This document shows, in pieces, positions 12,601-21,308 of a stretch of DNA of 64,000 nucleotides (the first letter of the stretch is position 1; the number at the start of each line of letters is the position of its first letter). The stretch is from positions 90,430 through 154,429 of the forward strand of contig JBBRZM010000001.1 in the NCBI GenBank assembly GCA_038236695.1. Reading direction: 5' to 3'. The notes under the pieces were generated by a model that was not told the DNA's origin, made no database searches, and saw nothing but the letters and a program-made list of their open reading frames with translations. The stretch is from Acidimicrobiia bacterium (GTDB lineage: Bacteria > Actinomycetota > Acidimicrobiia > IMCC26256 > JBBRZM01). The position numbers and the translations under genes are program-made.

Positions 12601-12819
12601 GGCAACGTCGATGACAAGCATGGTGAGATCGGGATAGTCCTGAGCCGCCAGCGACCGCAGCGTGTCGTCGAGCCCGGGGCCCGGATTGCGGGTCACGACA
12701 ACCGCCGCGATCGGTGGAGCAGCGGCGGGGAGGACTTCGGTGAGGGCCTCACCCTCGGTGAAAACCTCGTCGCCGGGCTCCAGGAGCGTTGGCCCGTCAG
12801 GGGGTTCCGGCGCGTCCAT
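9637..12819 (-). CDS. GT2 glycosyltransferase fused to a large polytopic membrane domain
   Basis: AVVVTRN, LCHDD, EDLDLCWR motifs, then many TM helices and an extracellular C-terminal domain. Confidence 0.85.
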   Translation of the reverse strand: MDAPEPPDGPTLLEPGDEVFTEGEALTEVLPAAAPPIAAVVVTRNPGPGLDDTLRSLAAQDYPDLTMLVIDVASDEDPTPRIADVLPGAYVKRLGDRVGFAGAANEALVTVEGATFLFLCHDDVVLDPGAIRIMLEEAYRSNAGIVGPKLVDADNPEILLEVGRSVDRFGGSHTGIEPGELDQEQHDAVRDVFYVSSAALLVRADLFAELGGFDPATFPGSEDLDLCWRARLAGARVLVAPDARVRHREASVKRGEGDEAELADVARTRVRVLLTSYSKRRLAWLVPMGLLVALVEAAIFTFTRRRARARAVLGAWSWNLRHSREVRESRKRAQALRRIHDRDLHELQARGNARLRAFLAESTGARERIRSIGDAGRTWVEEASSGLRQPITVAACVVAVLGLIGSRELIFTRVPEVGSLAAWPGVGSLLDTFGSGWRYTGMGSSTPAPPALLVMSALGTVLLGAVGLARTLVVVGALPLGGIAAYRFARPIVQSRVSAVLAGLAYVVNPVSRNALANGRLGPLVFYALTPFLVLLMLRAADVGRETAPRSARQSDRAARDPRPLLALVAVTALVSAWYPLAFLVPVVAAVAFVLAVPLALDGVELARRAVGVAVLGGLGALVLLLPWSAAMLHPGVDGAALGVAFRSHLDVGAVLRFQSGPSGSGLAAYGLLIAGALVLVIGSRLRLAWAARAWALALLGWALVWVPGRFFGHVSMPAPEVGLTIAALGIALAIGLGADAFGEGLTRFHFGWRQPAGVFAAVALTLTTLGFAADSLDGRWHAPANDWPRSLAVLQPQQADGDFRVLWVGDPSVLPLDPAVRGDGVGYLLTTNGAVDALGLWRAPERRADRLLGTAVDLVATGRTNRLGHLVAPMGVRYIAVPERRGPDSGQLVPAPAGIAPALGQQLDLSVLKSDPGVTLYENIAWVPARSVAPPGAALALDAPDPAVAASRTDVAGAKPITGQPSDGGAAGPGTVLWSQAYDGRWHATANGQSLRHVKPFGVVNGFVLPKRGPTAITYGGQWQRALAILVQLLLWAGFVALWRRSRRAARRAANEVPA

Positions 12820-12866
12820 CAGGTGGCGGAAGCCTACCAATGGGGTGCTTCGTGACTCCGGTCACG

Positions 12867-12910
12867 AGTGCTTGCAAATATATATGACTTCGAAGTATGC
12901 TGCTAGCACT
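12867..12910 (+). promoter_or_regulatory. sigmaA-type promoter flanked by inverted operator-like boxes
   Basis: TTGCAA (12872-77), N18, TATGCT (12896-901); AGTGCTTGCA / TGCTAGCACT inverted pair (9/10 match). Confidence 0.55.
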
Positions 12911-12997
12911 TCGAGCGGTCCCATACGGTGACCGTCGACGGAACCCCCAAACACCTCGCGCCGCATGCGAGCACGAGGAAAGACAACGAGGAGTCCC

Positions 12998-13432
12998 ATG
13001 AGCATCGATGTGCGCAAGACCGTTCAAGACGCCGCCTACGTCACGATCGGCGTCGGCGTGATCGGCTTCCAGCAGGCGCAAGAGCGCCGGCGCGAGACAG
13101 CCGACAGGATCGGCAACCAGGCCAAGCAGGCTCGCGAATATCTGGGCGACCTTCCCAAGGACGTGCAGGCGACGTTGGAGAACACCACCAAGGACGTGCG
13201 CGAGACGCTGACGACCGCCACGAGCAACGCCAGGGCTCGTGCCCAGGCGCTCCGGACCGAAGCGCGTTCCCGGGCCGAGCCCCTCGTGGGCGACCTGCGC
13301 GACCGGGTCGACCCGCTCGTCGAGCAGCTGCAGACCGTGCCCGACCAGGTGAAGCAAGTGGTCGAGGCCGGTACCGCGCGGTTGCAAGAGCTCATCGGCC
13401 GCACCGACGGCTCGACTCGCACCGCTGCTTGA
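12998..13432 (+). CDS. HBHA/phasin-like coiled-coil protein
   Basis: DAAYVTIGVGVIG N-terminus then amphipathic helical segments; RBS GAGGAG. Confidence 0.65.
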   Translation: MSIDVRKTVQDAAYVTIGVGVIGFQQAQERRRETADRIGNQAKQAREYLGDLPKDVQATLENTTKDVRETLTTATSNARARAQALRTEARSRAEPLVGDLRDRVDPLVEQLQTVPDQVKQVVEAGTARLQELIGRTDGSTRTAA

Positions 13433-13488
13433 TCCGCATCGCTGCTTGATCCGCATCGCAGCTTGATCCGCATCACAGCTTGATCCGC
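13424..13488. repeat. 17-bp tandem repeat, about 3.8 copies
   Basis: Unit GC(T/A)GCTTGATCCGCATC starting at 13424, 13441, 13458, 13475. Confidence 0.9.
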
Positions 13489-13521
13489 GGCGCCAAGCGG
13501 CGCTGCACGCAACCGCTCCAC

Positions 13522-13559
13522 CGCGAAATCGCCCCGCAATGGCGCGGGGCGATTTCGCG
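13522..13559. terminator. perfect 16-bp inverted repeat (hairpin)
   Basis: CGCGAAATCGCCCCGC-AATGGC-GCGGGGCGATTTCGCG; no U-tract. Confidence 0.6.
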
Positions 13560-13617
13560 TGGCGGGCGCTCAGGGCCAACTGCCCCCGGCCGTCGACCCA
13601 CCGGTACGCTCGCCACC

Positions 13618-14556
13618 ATGTTGACAGCGCTCGCGGGAGGGGTGGGAGCGGCCCGGTTCCTTCGTGGGCTCGTCGACGTCGTCGACCCGAGTGACGTCAC
13701 GGTCGTGGTCAACACGGCCGACGACGACGAGTTCCACGGACTGCTCGTCTCGCCCGACCTGGACTCGGTCACCTACACACTCGCTGACGCTTCGAATTCC
13801 GAGACCGGCTGGGGGCTCGCGGGCGAGACCTTCGGCGCGATGGACGCGCTCGACCGTTACGGCATGCCGACGTGGTTTCGCCTCGGCGACCGTGACCTCG
13901 CGACCCACCTGTTCCGCACACAACGGCTGCGCGAGGGCGCAACGTTGTCGGAGGTGACCGCCGAGATCACCACTGCGTGGGGCCTCGGCTGCCGGCTACT
14001 GCCGATGAGCGACGACCGGGTCGCCACCCGTATCGACGCGCGCGTCGACGACGGCGAGCCACGTGAACTGCGCTTGCAGGAATGGTTCGTGCGCCACCGC
14101 GCCGAGCCACCCGTCGTGGCGGTGCGGTTCGAAGGCATCAGTGCCGCGCGACCAGCACCCGGCGTGCTCGACGCCATCGCGGCCGCCGACACGGTCCTCG
14201 TCTGCCCGAGCAACCCGGTCATCTCGATAGGGCCGATCCTCGCCGTGCCCGGCGTGCGCGACGCGCTCGTCGCGAGACGCGACCGGGTCGTGGGCGTCAG
14301 CCCGATCATCGCCGGGCATCCGGTCAAGGGTCCGGCGGATCGACTCATGGCGCCACTCGGCATGGAAGTGTCGTGTGTCGGCGTCGCTCGCGCGTACCGA
14401 GATTTCTGCGGCACGCTCGTGATCGATGGCGACGACCGCGCTCGTGGTCCGGCCGTCGAGCGGCTCGGGGTGCACGCGGTCGTCGCCGATACCTTGATGC
14501 GCGACGCCCGCGTCGCCGCGGCGCTCGCACGCGACACGCTCGACGCCGTTGCCTGA
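13618..14556 (+). CDS. cofD: 2-phospho-L-lactate/PEP transferase (F420 biosynthesis)
   Basis: LAGGVGAARFL, VNTADD, SPDLDS, WFRLGDRD, PSNPVISIGPIL, KGPAD. Confidence 0.95.
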   Translation: MLTALAGGVGAARFLRGLVDVVDPSDVTVVVNTADDDEFHGLLVSPDLDSVTYTLADASNSETGWGLAGETFGAMDALDRYGMPTWFRLGDRDLATHLFRTQRLREGATLSEVTAEITTAWGLGCRLLPMSDDRVATRIDARVDDGEPRELRLQEWFVRHRAEPPVVAVRFEGISAARPAPGVLDAIAAADTVLVCPSNPVISIGPILAVPGVRDALVARRDRVVGVSPIIAGHPVKGPADRLMAPLGMEVSCVGVARAYRDFCGTLVIDGDDRARGPAVERLGVHAVVADTLMRDARVAAALARDTLDAVA

Positions 14557-14557
14557 C

Positions 14558-15271
14558 GTGTCGAGCGAACTCCGGGTCATACCGGTGCGCGGCGTCCCCG
14601 AAGTCGGGGCCGGCGATCAGATTGCGCGTCAGCTCACCGACGCTGCGGCCGCGCAGGACACACCGTTGCGCGACGGCGACATACTCGTGGTTACGCAGAA
14701 GATCGTCTCGAAGGCCGAAGCGCGGGTCGTCGCGCTCGACCCGTCCGACGCCGCGGCTCGCGTCGCGTTGATCGAGTCGGAGTCGATGCGGGTGCTCCGC
14801 CGGCGCGGCGAGCTCATCATCAGTGAGACCCGCCACGGCTTCGTGTGCGCGAACGCGGGTGTCGACGTGTCCAACGTCGAGCACGGCGCCGCCGCGCTTC
14901 TCCCAGTCGATCCTGACCGTTCGGCGCGCAAGCTGCGCGACGCGGTCCGCGCCGAGCGCGGCGTCACGGTCGGCGTGATCATCTCCGACACGTTCGGACG
15001 CGCGTGGCGCATGGGCCTCACCGATGTCGCGATCGGGGTATGCGGTGTCGCCGCGCTCGTCGATCTCAAGGGCCAGCGCGACGCGAACGGTCGTGCGTTG
15101 CAGGTCACCGAGATCGCGATCGCCGATGAGCTGGCATCCGCCGCGGAACTGGTGATGGGCAAGGCGGCCGGCATACCGGCGGCGATCGTGCGGGGACTCG
15201 AGCCGGCGTGGCTGGTGGAAGCGACCGGCGCCGAGCTGATCCGTCCGCCCGCCGAAGACCTGTTCCGGTGA
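14558..15271 (+). CDS. cofE: coenzyme F420-0:L-glutamate ligase
   Basis: TQKIVSKAE, CANAGVDVSN, SDTFGRAWR, ADELASAAELVMGK. Confidence 0.93.
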   Translation: MSSELRVIPVRGVPEVGAGDQIARQLTDAAAAQDTPLRDGDILVVTQKIVSKAEARVVALDPSDAAARVALIESESMRVLRRRGELIISETRHGFVCANAGVDVSNVEHGAAALLPVDPDRSARKLRDAVRAERGVTVGVIISDTFGRAWRMGLTDVAIGVCGVAALVDLKGQRDANGRALQVTEIAIADELASAAELVMGKAAGIPAAIVRGLEPAWLVEATGAELIRPPAEDLFR

Positions 15272-15882
15272 GCCAACCGTTGGTACCCGGATTCATCGAT
15301 GCCCGCCGCTCGATCCGCGCCTTTCAGACGGCGGCCCTCGATCGGACGACGGTAGATCGGCTCATCGAGTCCGCCTGCCACGCCCCCGCGCCGCACCATT
15401 CGCGACCCTGGCGATTCGTCGTTGTCGACACCCCGGAGCGCAAGCACGCTCTGGCCCAGGGCATGGGCGAGAAGTGGCGGCGCGATCTCGAGCGCGACGG
15501 CACCGACGCCGCGCGTGTCGACGAGCTCGTCGCCACGTCGCACGCGAAGCTCACCGCCGCGCCCGTGGCGGTCGTCGGCTGCCTCACGTGGGACGGGCTC
15601 GACCGCTACCCCGACGAACCCCGTCGCCACGCGGAATGGGGCATGGCGCTGCTGTCGCTCGGTGCCGCGGTAGAGAACCTGATGCTCGCGGCAACCGACG
15701 CGGGCCTCGCGTCGTGCTGGGTCGCGGCGCCGATCTTCTGTCCCGAGGAAGCGCGCGACGCGCTCGCGCTCCCCGACGAGTGGCTCCCCCATGCGCTCGT
15801 GCTCGTCGGCCATCCCGATCCGCACTACACGCCACGCGATCGTGCGCCGATCCCGCTCGACGACCTGCGCATGTTTCGCTAA
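15268..15882 (+). CDS. nitroreductase family protein (FbiB C-terminal-like)
   Basis: RRSIRAF, APAPHHSRPWRF, GAAVENLML; GTGA overlap with cofE. Confidence 0.85.
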   Translation: MSQPLVPGFIDARRSIRAFQTAALDRTTVDRLIESACHAPAPHHSRPWRFVVVDTPERKHALAQGMGEKWRRDLERDGTDAARVDELVATSHAKLTAAPVAVVGCLTWDGLDRYPDEPRRHAEWGMALLSLGAAVENLMLAATDAGLASCWVAAPIFCPEEARDALALPDEWLPHALVLVGHPDPHYTPRDRAPIPLDDLRMFR

Positions 15883-15904
15883 CCCTTCTGCTTCGGGAGA
15901 GGAG

Positions 15905-16861
15905 CTAGCGGCGGGCGGCGGAGCGTGCGGCCTTGAACCATTCGAGGGTGCGGCCGATGCCGTCCTCGAGGTCGGTCCATGGCTTCCAACCGAGATGGAT
16001 CGCGGCGCGACCGGGATCGAGTGCCGAACGGCGCAGCTCGCCCGTGCGCGGCCGCGCGTAGCGCGCCGGGTCCTTGAAACCGGTGAGGCGAGCCGTCACG
16101 TCGAAGAGCTGCTGCACGCTCGTCTCGACGCCGGTGCCGATGTTGACGACGAGACCGCCGCCCTTCTCGGCGCCGCGCACGAACGCGTCGACAACGTCGT
16201 CGACGTAGACGAAGTCGCGCGTCTGCTCGCCGTCGCCGTAGATCGTGGGCCGCTCCTTGTCGAGCAGCTTGCCAGCGAAGATCGACACGACCCCGGCCTC
16301 GCCGTACGGGTCCTGACGTGGCCCGTAGACGTTGGCGAGCGCGAGCGCGGTGTATTCGAGACCGTGCACCTCGCGGTAATAGTGGAGGTAGTCGTTGACC
16401 GTCTTCTTCGCGACTCCGTACGGCGACACGGGACGTTGCGGGTGGCCCTCGCGCACCGGCAGGTCCTCGGGGATCCCGTAGATGGTGCCGCCCGAGCTCG
16501 CGAACACGATCTTGCGCGAGCCGGCGGCGAGGGCGCCCTGACAGACGTTGAGTGCGCCCAGGATGTTGACCTCGGCATCGAACGCAGGCCGGGCGACCGA
16601 GACCCGCACGTCGGCCTGGGCGGCGAGATGGAACACGACCTCGGGCTTGCGGTGCGCGATCAGATCGGTGATCGCGTCGGAACGAATATCGATGCGATGG
16701 AACGAGAACCGGCGGGTGCGTTCGGCGCGGGCATCGGCAAGGTTGGTGAGCGACCCGGTCGTGAGGTCGTCGACCACGTCTACCTCCCAACCCTCAGCCA
16801 GGAGGCGATCGGTGAGGGTGGAGCCGATGAAACCCGCACCTCCGGTCACCAACGCCCTCAT
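15905..16861 (-). CDS. NAD-dependent epimerase (UDP-glucose 4-epimerase-like)
   Basis: TGGAGFIG, YGVAK, NVYGPRQDPYGEAGVV. Confidence 0.88.
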   Translation of the reverse strand: MRALVTGGAGFIGSTLTDRLLAEGWEVDVVDDLTTGSLTNLADARAERTRRFSFHRIDIRSDAITDLIAHRKPEVVFHLAAQADVRVSVARPAFDAEVNILGALNVCQGALAAGSRKIVFASSGGTIYGIPEDLPVREGHPQRPVSPYGVAKKTVNDYLHYYREVHGLEYTALALANVYGPRQDPYGEAGVVSIFAGKLLDKERPTIYGDGEQTRDFVYVDDVVDAFVRGAEKGGGLVVNIGTGVETSVQQLFDVTARLTGFKDPARYARPRTGELRRSALDPGRAAIHLGWKPWTDLEDGIGRTLEWFKAARSAARR

Positions 16862-16901
16862 CTGACCAGTCTCACCGCTGAGCCCGCCTGACGGCGAACC
16901 G

Positions 16902-17996
16902 TCACCGCGCGCCGCGGGCCATACGGATGCGGGCGCCCGACACCTTCGACCCGGCAGTCACGATCGCGGCCGCGCCGACAACGGTCTGGTCGGTCGCGAT
17001 CGCGTCGGCTTCGAGCACGGCCTCCGGGCCGATCACCGCGTCGATCGCCTCGGCCTCGGTGTCGAGCCGAGCGCCGTCAAACAGCACCGAGCGCAGTACC
17101 CGTGTACCGGTGTCGACCACGCAACCCGCACCGAGCACGGAGCCCGCGACCCGGGCGCCGGCTGCGATCGTCGAGCCCGCGCCGAGCAGCACGGGGGGCT
17201 CGACCCTGGCGTCGGCATCGATGCTCACGTCGCCCTGCACCCACAGCCCTGGCGAGCGCTCGACGGCGCCGGGTGCGGGCGGCATCCCGAGCCGACCCGC
17301 GAGCACGTCGGCATGCACCTGGAGGTACGTGTCGGGTGTGCCGATGTCGAGCCAATAGTCGTCGCTGCGCATCGCGTACAGCCGTCCCGGCTCCGCGACC
17401 ATGTGCGGGAAGGTCTCACGCTCAATCGATACCTTGAGGTCGCGCGGAATACGACGGAGCACCGAAGGCTCGAGCACGTACGTGCCGGCGTTGATCCAAT
17501 TCGACGGCGCCGCGCCCGGCGGTGGCTTCTCCACGAACGCGCGGACCTCACCGTCACCGCCGGTGGAGACCACGCCGAACGCCGACGGGTCGGCAACCTG
17601 CGTGAGCGCGATCGTGGCTTCGGCACCGCGCTCGGTGTGGAAGTTGACCATCGCCCCGAGGTCGAGTGACGTGAGCACGTCGCCGTTGCAGACGACCAGG
17701 CGCTCGTCGACGCCGTCGGCCGCGTACCGGATGCCCCCTGCAGTGCCGAGGGGCTCGGACTCCACGCGGTAGCGGAGCTTCACGTCTTCGAATCGATCAT
17801 CGGGGAAATGTTGCTTGAACGCGTCGGGCAGGTACCCGAGCGAGAGCACCACTTCGTCGACGCCGTGGTGGGCGAGCCAGGTGAGCTGGCGCTCGAGGAA
17901 CGCCTGATTCGCGATCGGCAACAACGGCTTCGGGGTGGTGTACGTGAGTGGGCGTAGGCGCGTGCCCTCGCCGCCGACGAGGACGATGGCTTTCAC
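16902..17996 (-). CDS. manC: NDP-sugar synthase (mannose-1-phosphate guanylyltransferase-like)
   Basis: LVGGEGTRLRPLT..PKPL, EPLGTAG, NGDVL, C-terminal left-handed beta-helix repeats. Confidence 0.85.
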   Translation of the reverse strand: MKAIVLVGGEGTRLRPLTYTTPKPLLPIANQAFLERQLTWLAHHGVDEVVLSLGYLPDAFKQHFPDDRFEDVKLRYRVESEPLGTAGGIRYAADGVDERLVVCNGDVLTSLDLGAMVNFHTERGAEATIALTQVADPSAFGVVSTGGDGEVRAFVEKPPPGAAPSNWINAGTYVLEPSVLRRIPRDLKVSIERETFPHMVAEPGRLYAMRSDDYWLDIGTPDTYLQVHADVLAGRLGMPPAPGAVERSPGLWVQGDVSIDADARVEPPVLLGAGSTIAAGARVAGSVLGAGCVVDTGTRVLRSVLFDGARLDTEAEAIDAVIGPEAVLEADAIATDQTVVGAAAIVTAGSKVSGARIRMARGAR

Positions 17997-18730
17997 GGGG
18001 CCGGCGCGGTGGGAGCGCTCGGTGCGCTCGGAATGACAGGCGCCGTGGCGCCCGGCGTCGTCGAGCTCTGCGTCGCGCCGCTCTCGGGTACGGCCGGGGC
18101 GTTCGGCAGTTTGGCCTTCGACGGCGGGTCGCCGAGCTTGGTCACGCTCTGTCCCGTGGGAAGGAACGCGAGCACGATCACGTCGTTGTTCTTGGGCACG
18201 AAGCTCGCCAAGTTGCCGCTGTGCTGCTTGCCGTTGACGGCCCAGCTGACGACACCCTTGGTCTTCTTGCCGGCCTTGTCGGCACACGTGTTGCCGTTCT
18301 TCTCGCTCACCGTGGTGTAGGTGAACGAGGTCTCGTCGAGCTGCCAGCCGCCGAACTTGAACCACTTCCCGACCGTCGCCTTGGCGCCGGCGGCCTGCAC
18401 GTCGCCGTTGGGCTCGAAGTGGAGAACGCCGTCGCCGTGGGTGTGGATCGGGGCGTACTTCGCCGGGTCGTCGTGCTGGGTGACGAACTGCGGGGCGAAA
18501 GGCTCCCATTGGCCGCACACGTTGATGCCGATCGCCGCGTGCCAGTGGTCGTTGGGCCCGCGGCCCGCCGGATAGCTCGTACTGGTCTTACTAGCGACAA
18601 TTGCACCCACACCGAGCACGAGAACGACGGCGATGCCGAGTCCCCAACTGAGGGAGCCACCGCGTTTTCGGGGTCTGCGGGCCTTGGCTCGCAAGCGGGC
18701 GCGTGAATACCGGGATCTCGCATTTGCCAT
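17993..18730 (-). CDS. hypothetical membrane-anchored His-rich protein
   Basis: Basic N-terminus, TM helix, DHWHAA..VCG, IHTHGDGVLH, Pro/Ala tail; stop overlaps manC start. Confidence 0.75.
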   Translation of the reverse strand: MANARSRYSRARLRAKARRPRKRGGSLSWGLGIAVVLVLGVGAIVASKTSTSYPAGRGPNDHWHAAIGINVCGQWEPFAPQFVTQHDDPAKYAPIHTHGDGVLHFEPNGDVQAAGAKATVGKWFKFGGWQLDETSFTYTTVSEKNGNTCADKAGKKTKGVVSWAVNGKQHSGNLASFVPKNNDVIVLAFLPTGQSVTKLGDPPSKAKLPNAPAVPESGATQSSTTPGATAPVIPSAPSAPTAPAP

Positions 18731-18742
18731 GTCGCCGCAAGG

Positions 18743-19660
18743 TTACTTGGTCGCTCGGACCGTCCCGAGTCGGCCGGGCGCTCGTCGGGCGACCGAAGCA
18801 ACCGTGTGCGCGCCCATTACCAGCACGAGGCGCACTCCCAAGTAGACGTACGTGGGCCCGAGCAGGAGGCGACGTGCGCCCTGCCACCGCTTGGCCGCGA
18901 AGCGAGCCATTGAGCGGTGATGCTCGACCAGCATGCGATAGGGATGCTGCGACGTGCTCAAGCCCTGCACGTGTGTCACCCGGCCCGCCGGCTCGTACGT
19001 CACGCGCCAGCCCGCGGCGCGTAACCGCAAACACAGATCGACATCCTCGAGATACATGAAGAACTGCTCGTCCCATCCGTGCACCTCGTCGACGGCGCGT
19101 CGTCGGAGCCAGATCGCCGAGCCCGACAACCAGTCGACATCGCGGGACCGCGCGGGATCGGCGTCGAGCTGGCGGTAGCGGCGAGTGAACGGATTGCTTA
19201 CCCACACCAGCACCAACAGACCGTGGCCGGCCGCGTCGACGAGCGACGGCTGCGAACGGGCCGACGGGTACACCGTGCCGTCGAGGTTCCGGATCTGCGG
19301 GCCGGCCGCGCCGAGGTCGGGCTCGGCGTCAAAGCGCGCGAGGAGTGCACTCGCGGTGCCCGCCTCCACTTCGATGTCGGGGTTGCAGACTGCGATCACC
19401 GGCGCGCGCGTCGCGGCGATGCCGAGATTGGCCGCGGCCGAGTACCCGAGGTTGGTCCCGGCTCGGATTATGCGCGCCGCGGGAACGGCGCGTTCGAGCG
19501 CCTCGACCGAGCCGTCGCTCGACGCGTTGTCAACCACGATGACTTCGGGCACCGCGTCGGGCGCGGCGTTGTCGGCGAGCAGCGACCGGACCGCGGTCTC
19601 GAGCGCGCTGCCGGCGTTGAAGTTGACGATGACGGCCGCCCATCGGGGCGTGTCGGACAC
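18743..19660 (-). CDS. GT2 glycosyltransferase, WbbL-like rhamnosyltransferase
   Basis: VIVNFN, VDNASSDGS, NLGYSAAANLG, CNPD, DWLSGS, FFMYLEDVDL. Confidence 0.82.
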   Translation of the reverse strand: MSDTPRWAAVIVNFNAGSALETAVRSLLADNAAPDAVPEVIVVDNASSDGSVEALERAVPAARIIRAGTNLGYSAAANLGIAATRAPVIAVCNPDIEVEAGTASALLARFDAEPDLGAAGPQIRNLDGTVYPSARSQPSLVDAAGHGLLVLVWVSNPFTRRYRQLDADPARSRDVDWLSGSAIWLRRRAVDEVHGWDEQFFMYLEDVDLCLRLRAAGWRVTYEPAGRVTHVQGLSTSQHPYRMLVEHHRSMARFAAKRWQGARRLLLGPTYVYLGVRLVLVMGAHTVASVARRAPGRLGTVRATK

Positions 19661-19662
19661 CA

Positions 19663-20370
19663 CTAGTCGACGAAGCGGCATTTGACGAGCATCCACAGCG
19701 CGACGAAGCCGTCTCGCCACGTGATCTTCTTGCCCTCATGAAACTCGCGGCCCGCGTACGAGATCGGCACCTCGTAGATGCGCACACCGCGCCGGAGCAC
19801 CCTCGCGGTGACCTCCGGCTCGAAGTCGAAGTGGTCGGCGCGCAAGTGCAGGCTCAGAATCAGCTCGCGGTCAAACAGCTTGTAACACGTCTCCATGTCG
19901 GAGAGCGTCGTGTTGTAGAGCACGTTGGTGACGAGCGAGAGAAAACGGTTTCCCATCCAGTGCAGAAACAGCATGTTCCGACGCTCACCGGTGAAACGTG
20001 AGCCGTAGACGACCTGCGCCTTCCCTTTGAGCACCGGCTGGAGCAGCAGCGGCCAGTCGTCGGGGTCGTACTCGAGATCGGCGTCCTGAATGAGCACCAG
20101 GTCGCCGGTCACGTGCTCGAGACCGGTACGGACGGCCGAACCTTTTCCCTGATTGCGTGGATGTAGCACGACGCGAACCGTGCTGTCTCGCAGTTGGTCG
20201 ATCACCTCACGGGTGCCGTCGTCACTGCCGTCGTCGACGACCACGATCTCGAGGTCGACGGGAAGTGTCACCGCCCGCATGCGGCGAAGGATCTCGCCCA
20301 CCGTGTTGCGCTCATTGAACACCGGCACGATGACCGACAACTTCTTGTACGACGCGGGGGCGAGGCTCAT
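19663..20370 (-). CDS. GT2 glycosyltransferase, DPM1-like (polyprenol-phosphate sugar synthase)
   Basis: [36 protein letters not shown]. Confidence 0.88.
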   Translation of the reverse strand: MSLAPASYKKLSVIVPVFNERNTVGEILRRMRAVTLPVDLEIVVVDDGSDDGTREVIDQLRDSTVRVVLHPRNQGKGSAVRTGLEHVTGDLVLIQDADLEYDPDDWPLLLQPVLKGKAQVVYGSRFTGERRNMLFLHWMGNRFLSLVTNVLYNTTLSDMETCYKLFDRELILSLHLRADHFDFEPEVTARVLRRGVRIYEVPISYAGREFHEGKKITWRDGFVALWMLVKCRFVD

Positions 20371-21308
20371 CCCCCGGCCTGCACGGTCTTGTACCAGTCG
20401 TACGTACGCGACAGGCCCTCACGGAGGTCGACCTCGGGTCGCCAGTCGAGGACGCGTGCCGCCAGCGAGATATCGGGGCGCCGCCGCACGGGATCATCGA
20501 CGGGTAACGGCTCGAAGACGATCTCGGAGCTCGAACCCGTGACGTCGAGCACGAGCTGCGCCAGCTCGATCACGGTGAACTCGTCGGGATTGCCGATGTT
20601 GACCGGGCCGGCATGCTCGGAGTCCAGCAACGCGAGGATGCCGCGCACCTGATCGTCGACGAAGCAGAACGACCGGCTCTGTGATCCCGAGCCGTAGACC
20701 GTCAGCGGCTTCCCGGCCATCGCCTGCGCGAGAAAGTTGGACACGACGCGCCCGTCAGCGGGGCGTAGCGCGGGCCCGTACGTGTTGAAGATCCGCACGA
20801 TCCGAGTGTCGACGCCGTGCACGCGTTGGTACGCCACGGTGAGCGCCTCGGCGTAGCGCTTCGCCTCGTCGTAACAGCTCCGCGGCCCGATCGGGTTGAC
20901 GTTGCCCCAGTACGACTCCGGCTGCGGATGGACGCGCGGATCTCCGTACACCTCGCTGGTCGATGCGAGCACAAACCGAGCGCCGTTGTGACGCGCGAGC
21001 TCGAGCGCGCGCTCGGTGCCGGCAGAACCGACTCGGAGCGTCTCGATCGGATGATCGAGGTAGGCGCGGGGACTCGCCGCGCTGGCGAAGTGGAGCACCG
21101 CGTCGAGTGGCCCGGTGCTGGGCATGTCCTCGCTGACGTCGCACTGGGCAAACGAGAACGCATCGTGTGTCCGGCAGTCGTCGAGACTCTCGAGCCGGCC
21201 GGTCAGGAGGTTGTCGAGCGCGACGACATCCCAGCCACGGCGCAGGAGCTCGCGGCACAGGTGTGAGCCAAGGAAGCCCGCGCCTCCGGTGACGACGGCG
21301 CGCGCCAT
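20367..21308 (-). CDS. UDP-glucuronic acid decarboxylase family
   Basis: [45 protein letters not shown]. Confidence 0.92.
   Translation of the reverse strand: MARAVVTGGAGFLGSHLCRELLRRGWDVVALDNLLTGRLESLDDCRTHDAFSFAQCDVSEDMPSTGPLDAVLHFASAASPRAYLDHPIETLRVGSAGTERALELARHNGARFVLASTSEVYGDPRVHPQPESYWGNVNPIGPRSCYDEAKRYAEALTVAYQRVHGVDTRIVRIFNTYGPALRPADGRVVSNFLAQAMAGKPLTVYGSGSQSRSFCFVDDQVRGILALLDSEHAGPVNIGNPDEFTVIELAQLVLDVTGSSSEIVFEPLPVDDPVRRRPDISLAARVLDWRPEVDLREGLSRTYDWYKTVQAGG

Noticed and set aside
13424-13488. Tandem 17-mers as a CRISPR array
   Set aside because: Units are adjacent with no spacers, too short, and no cas genes are present.
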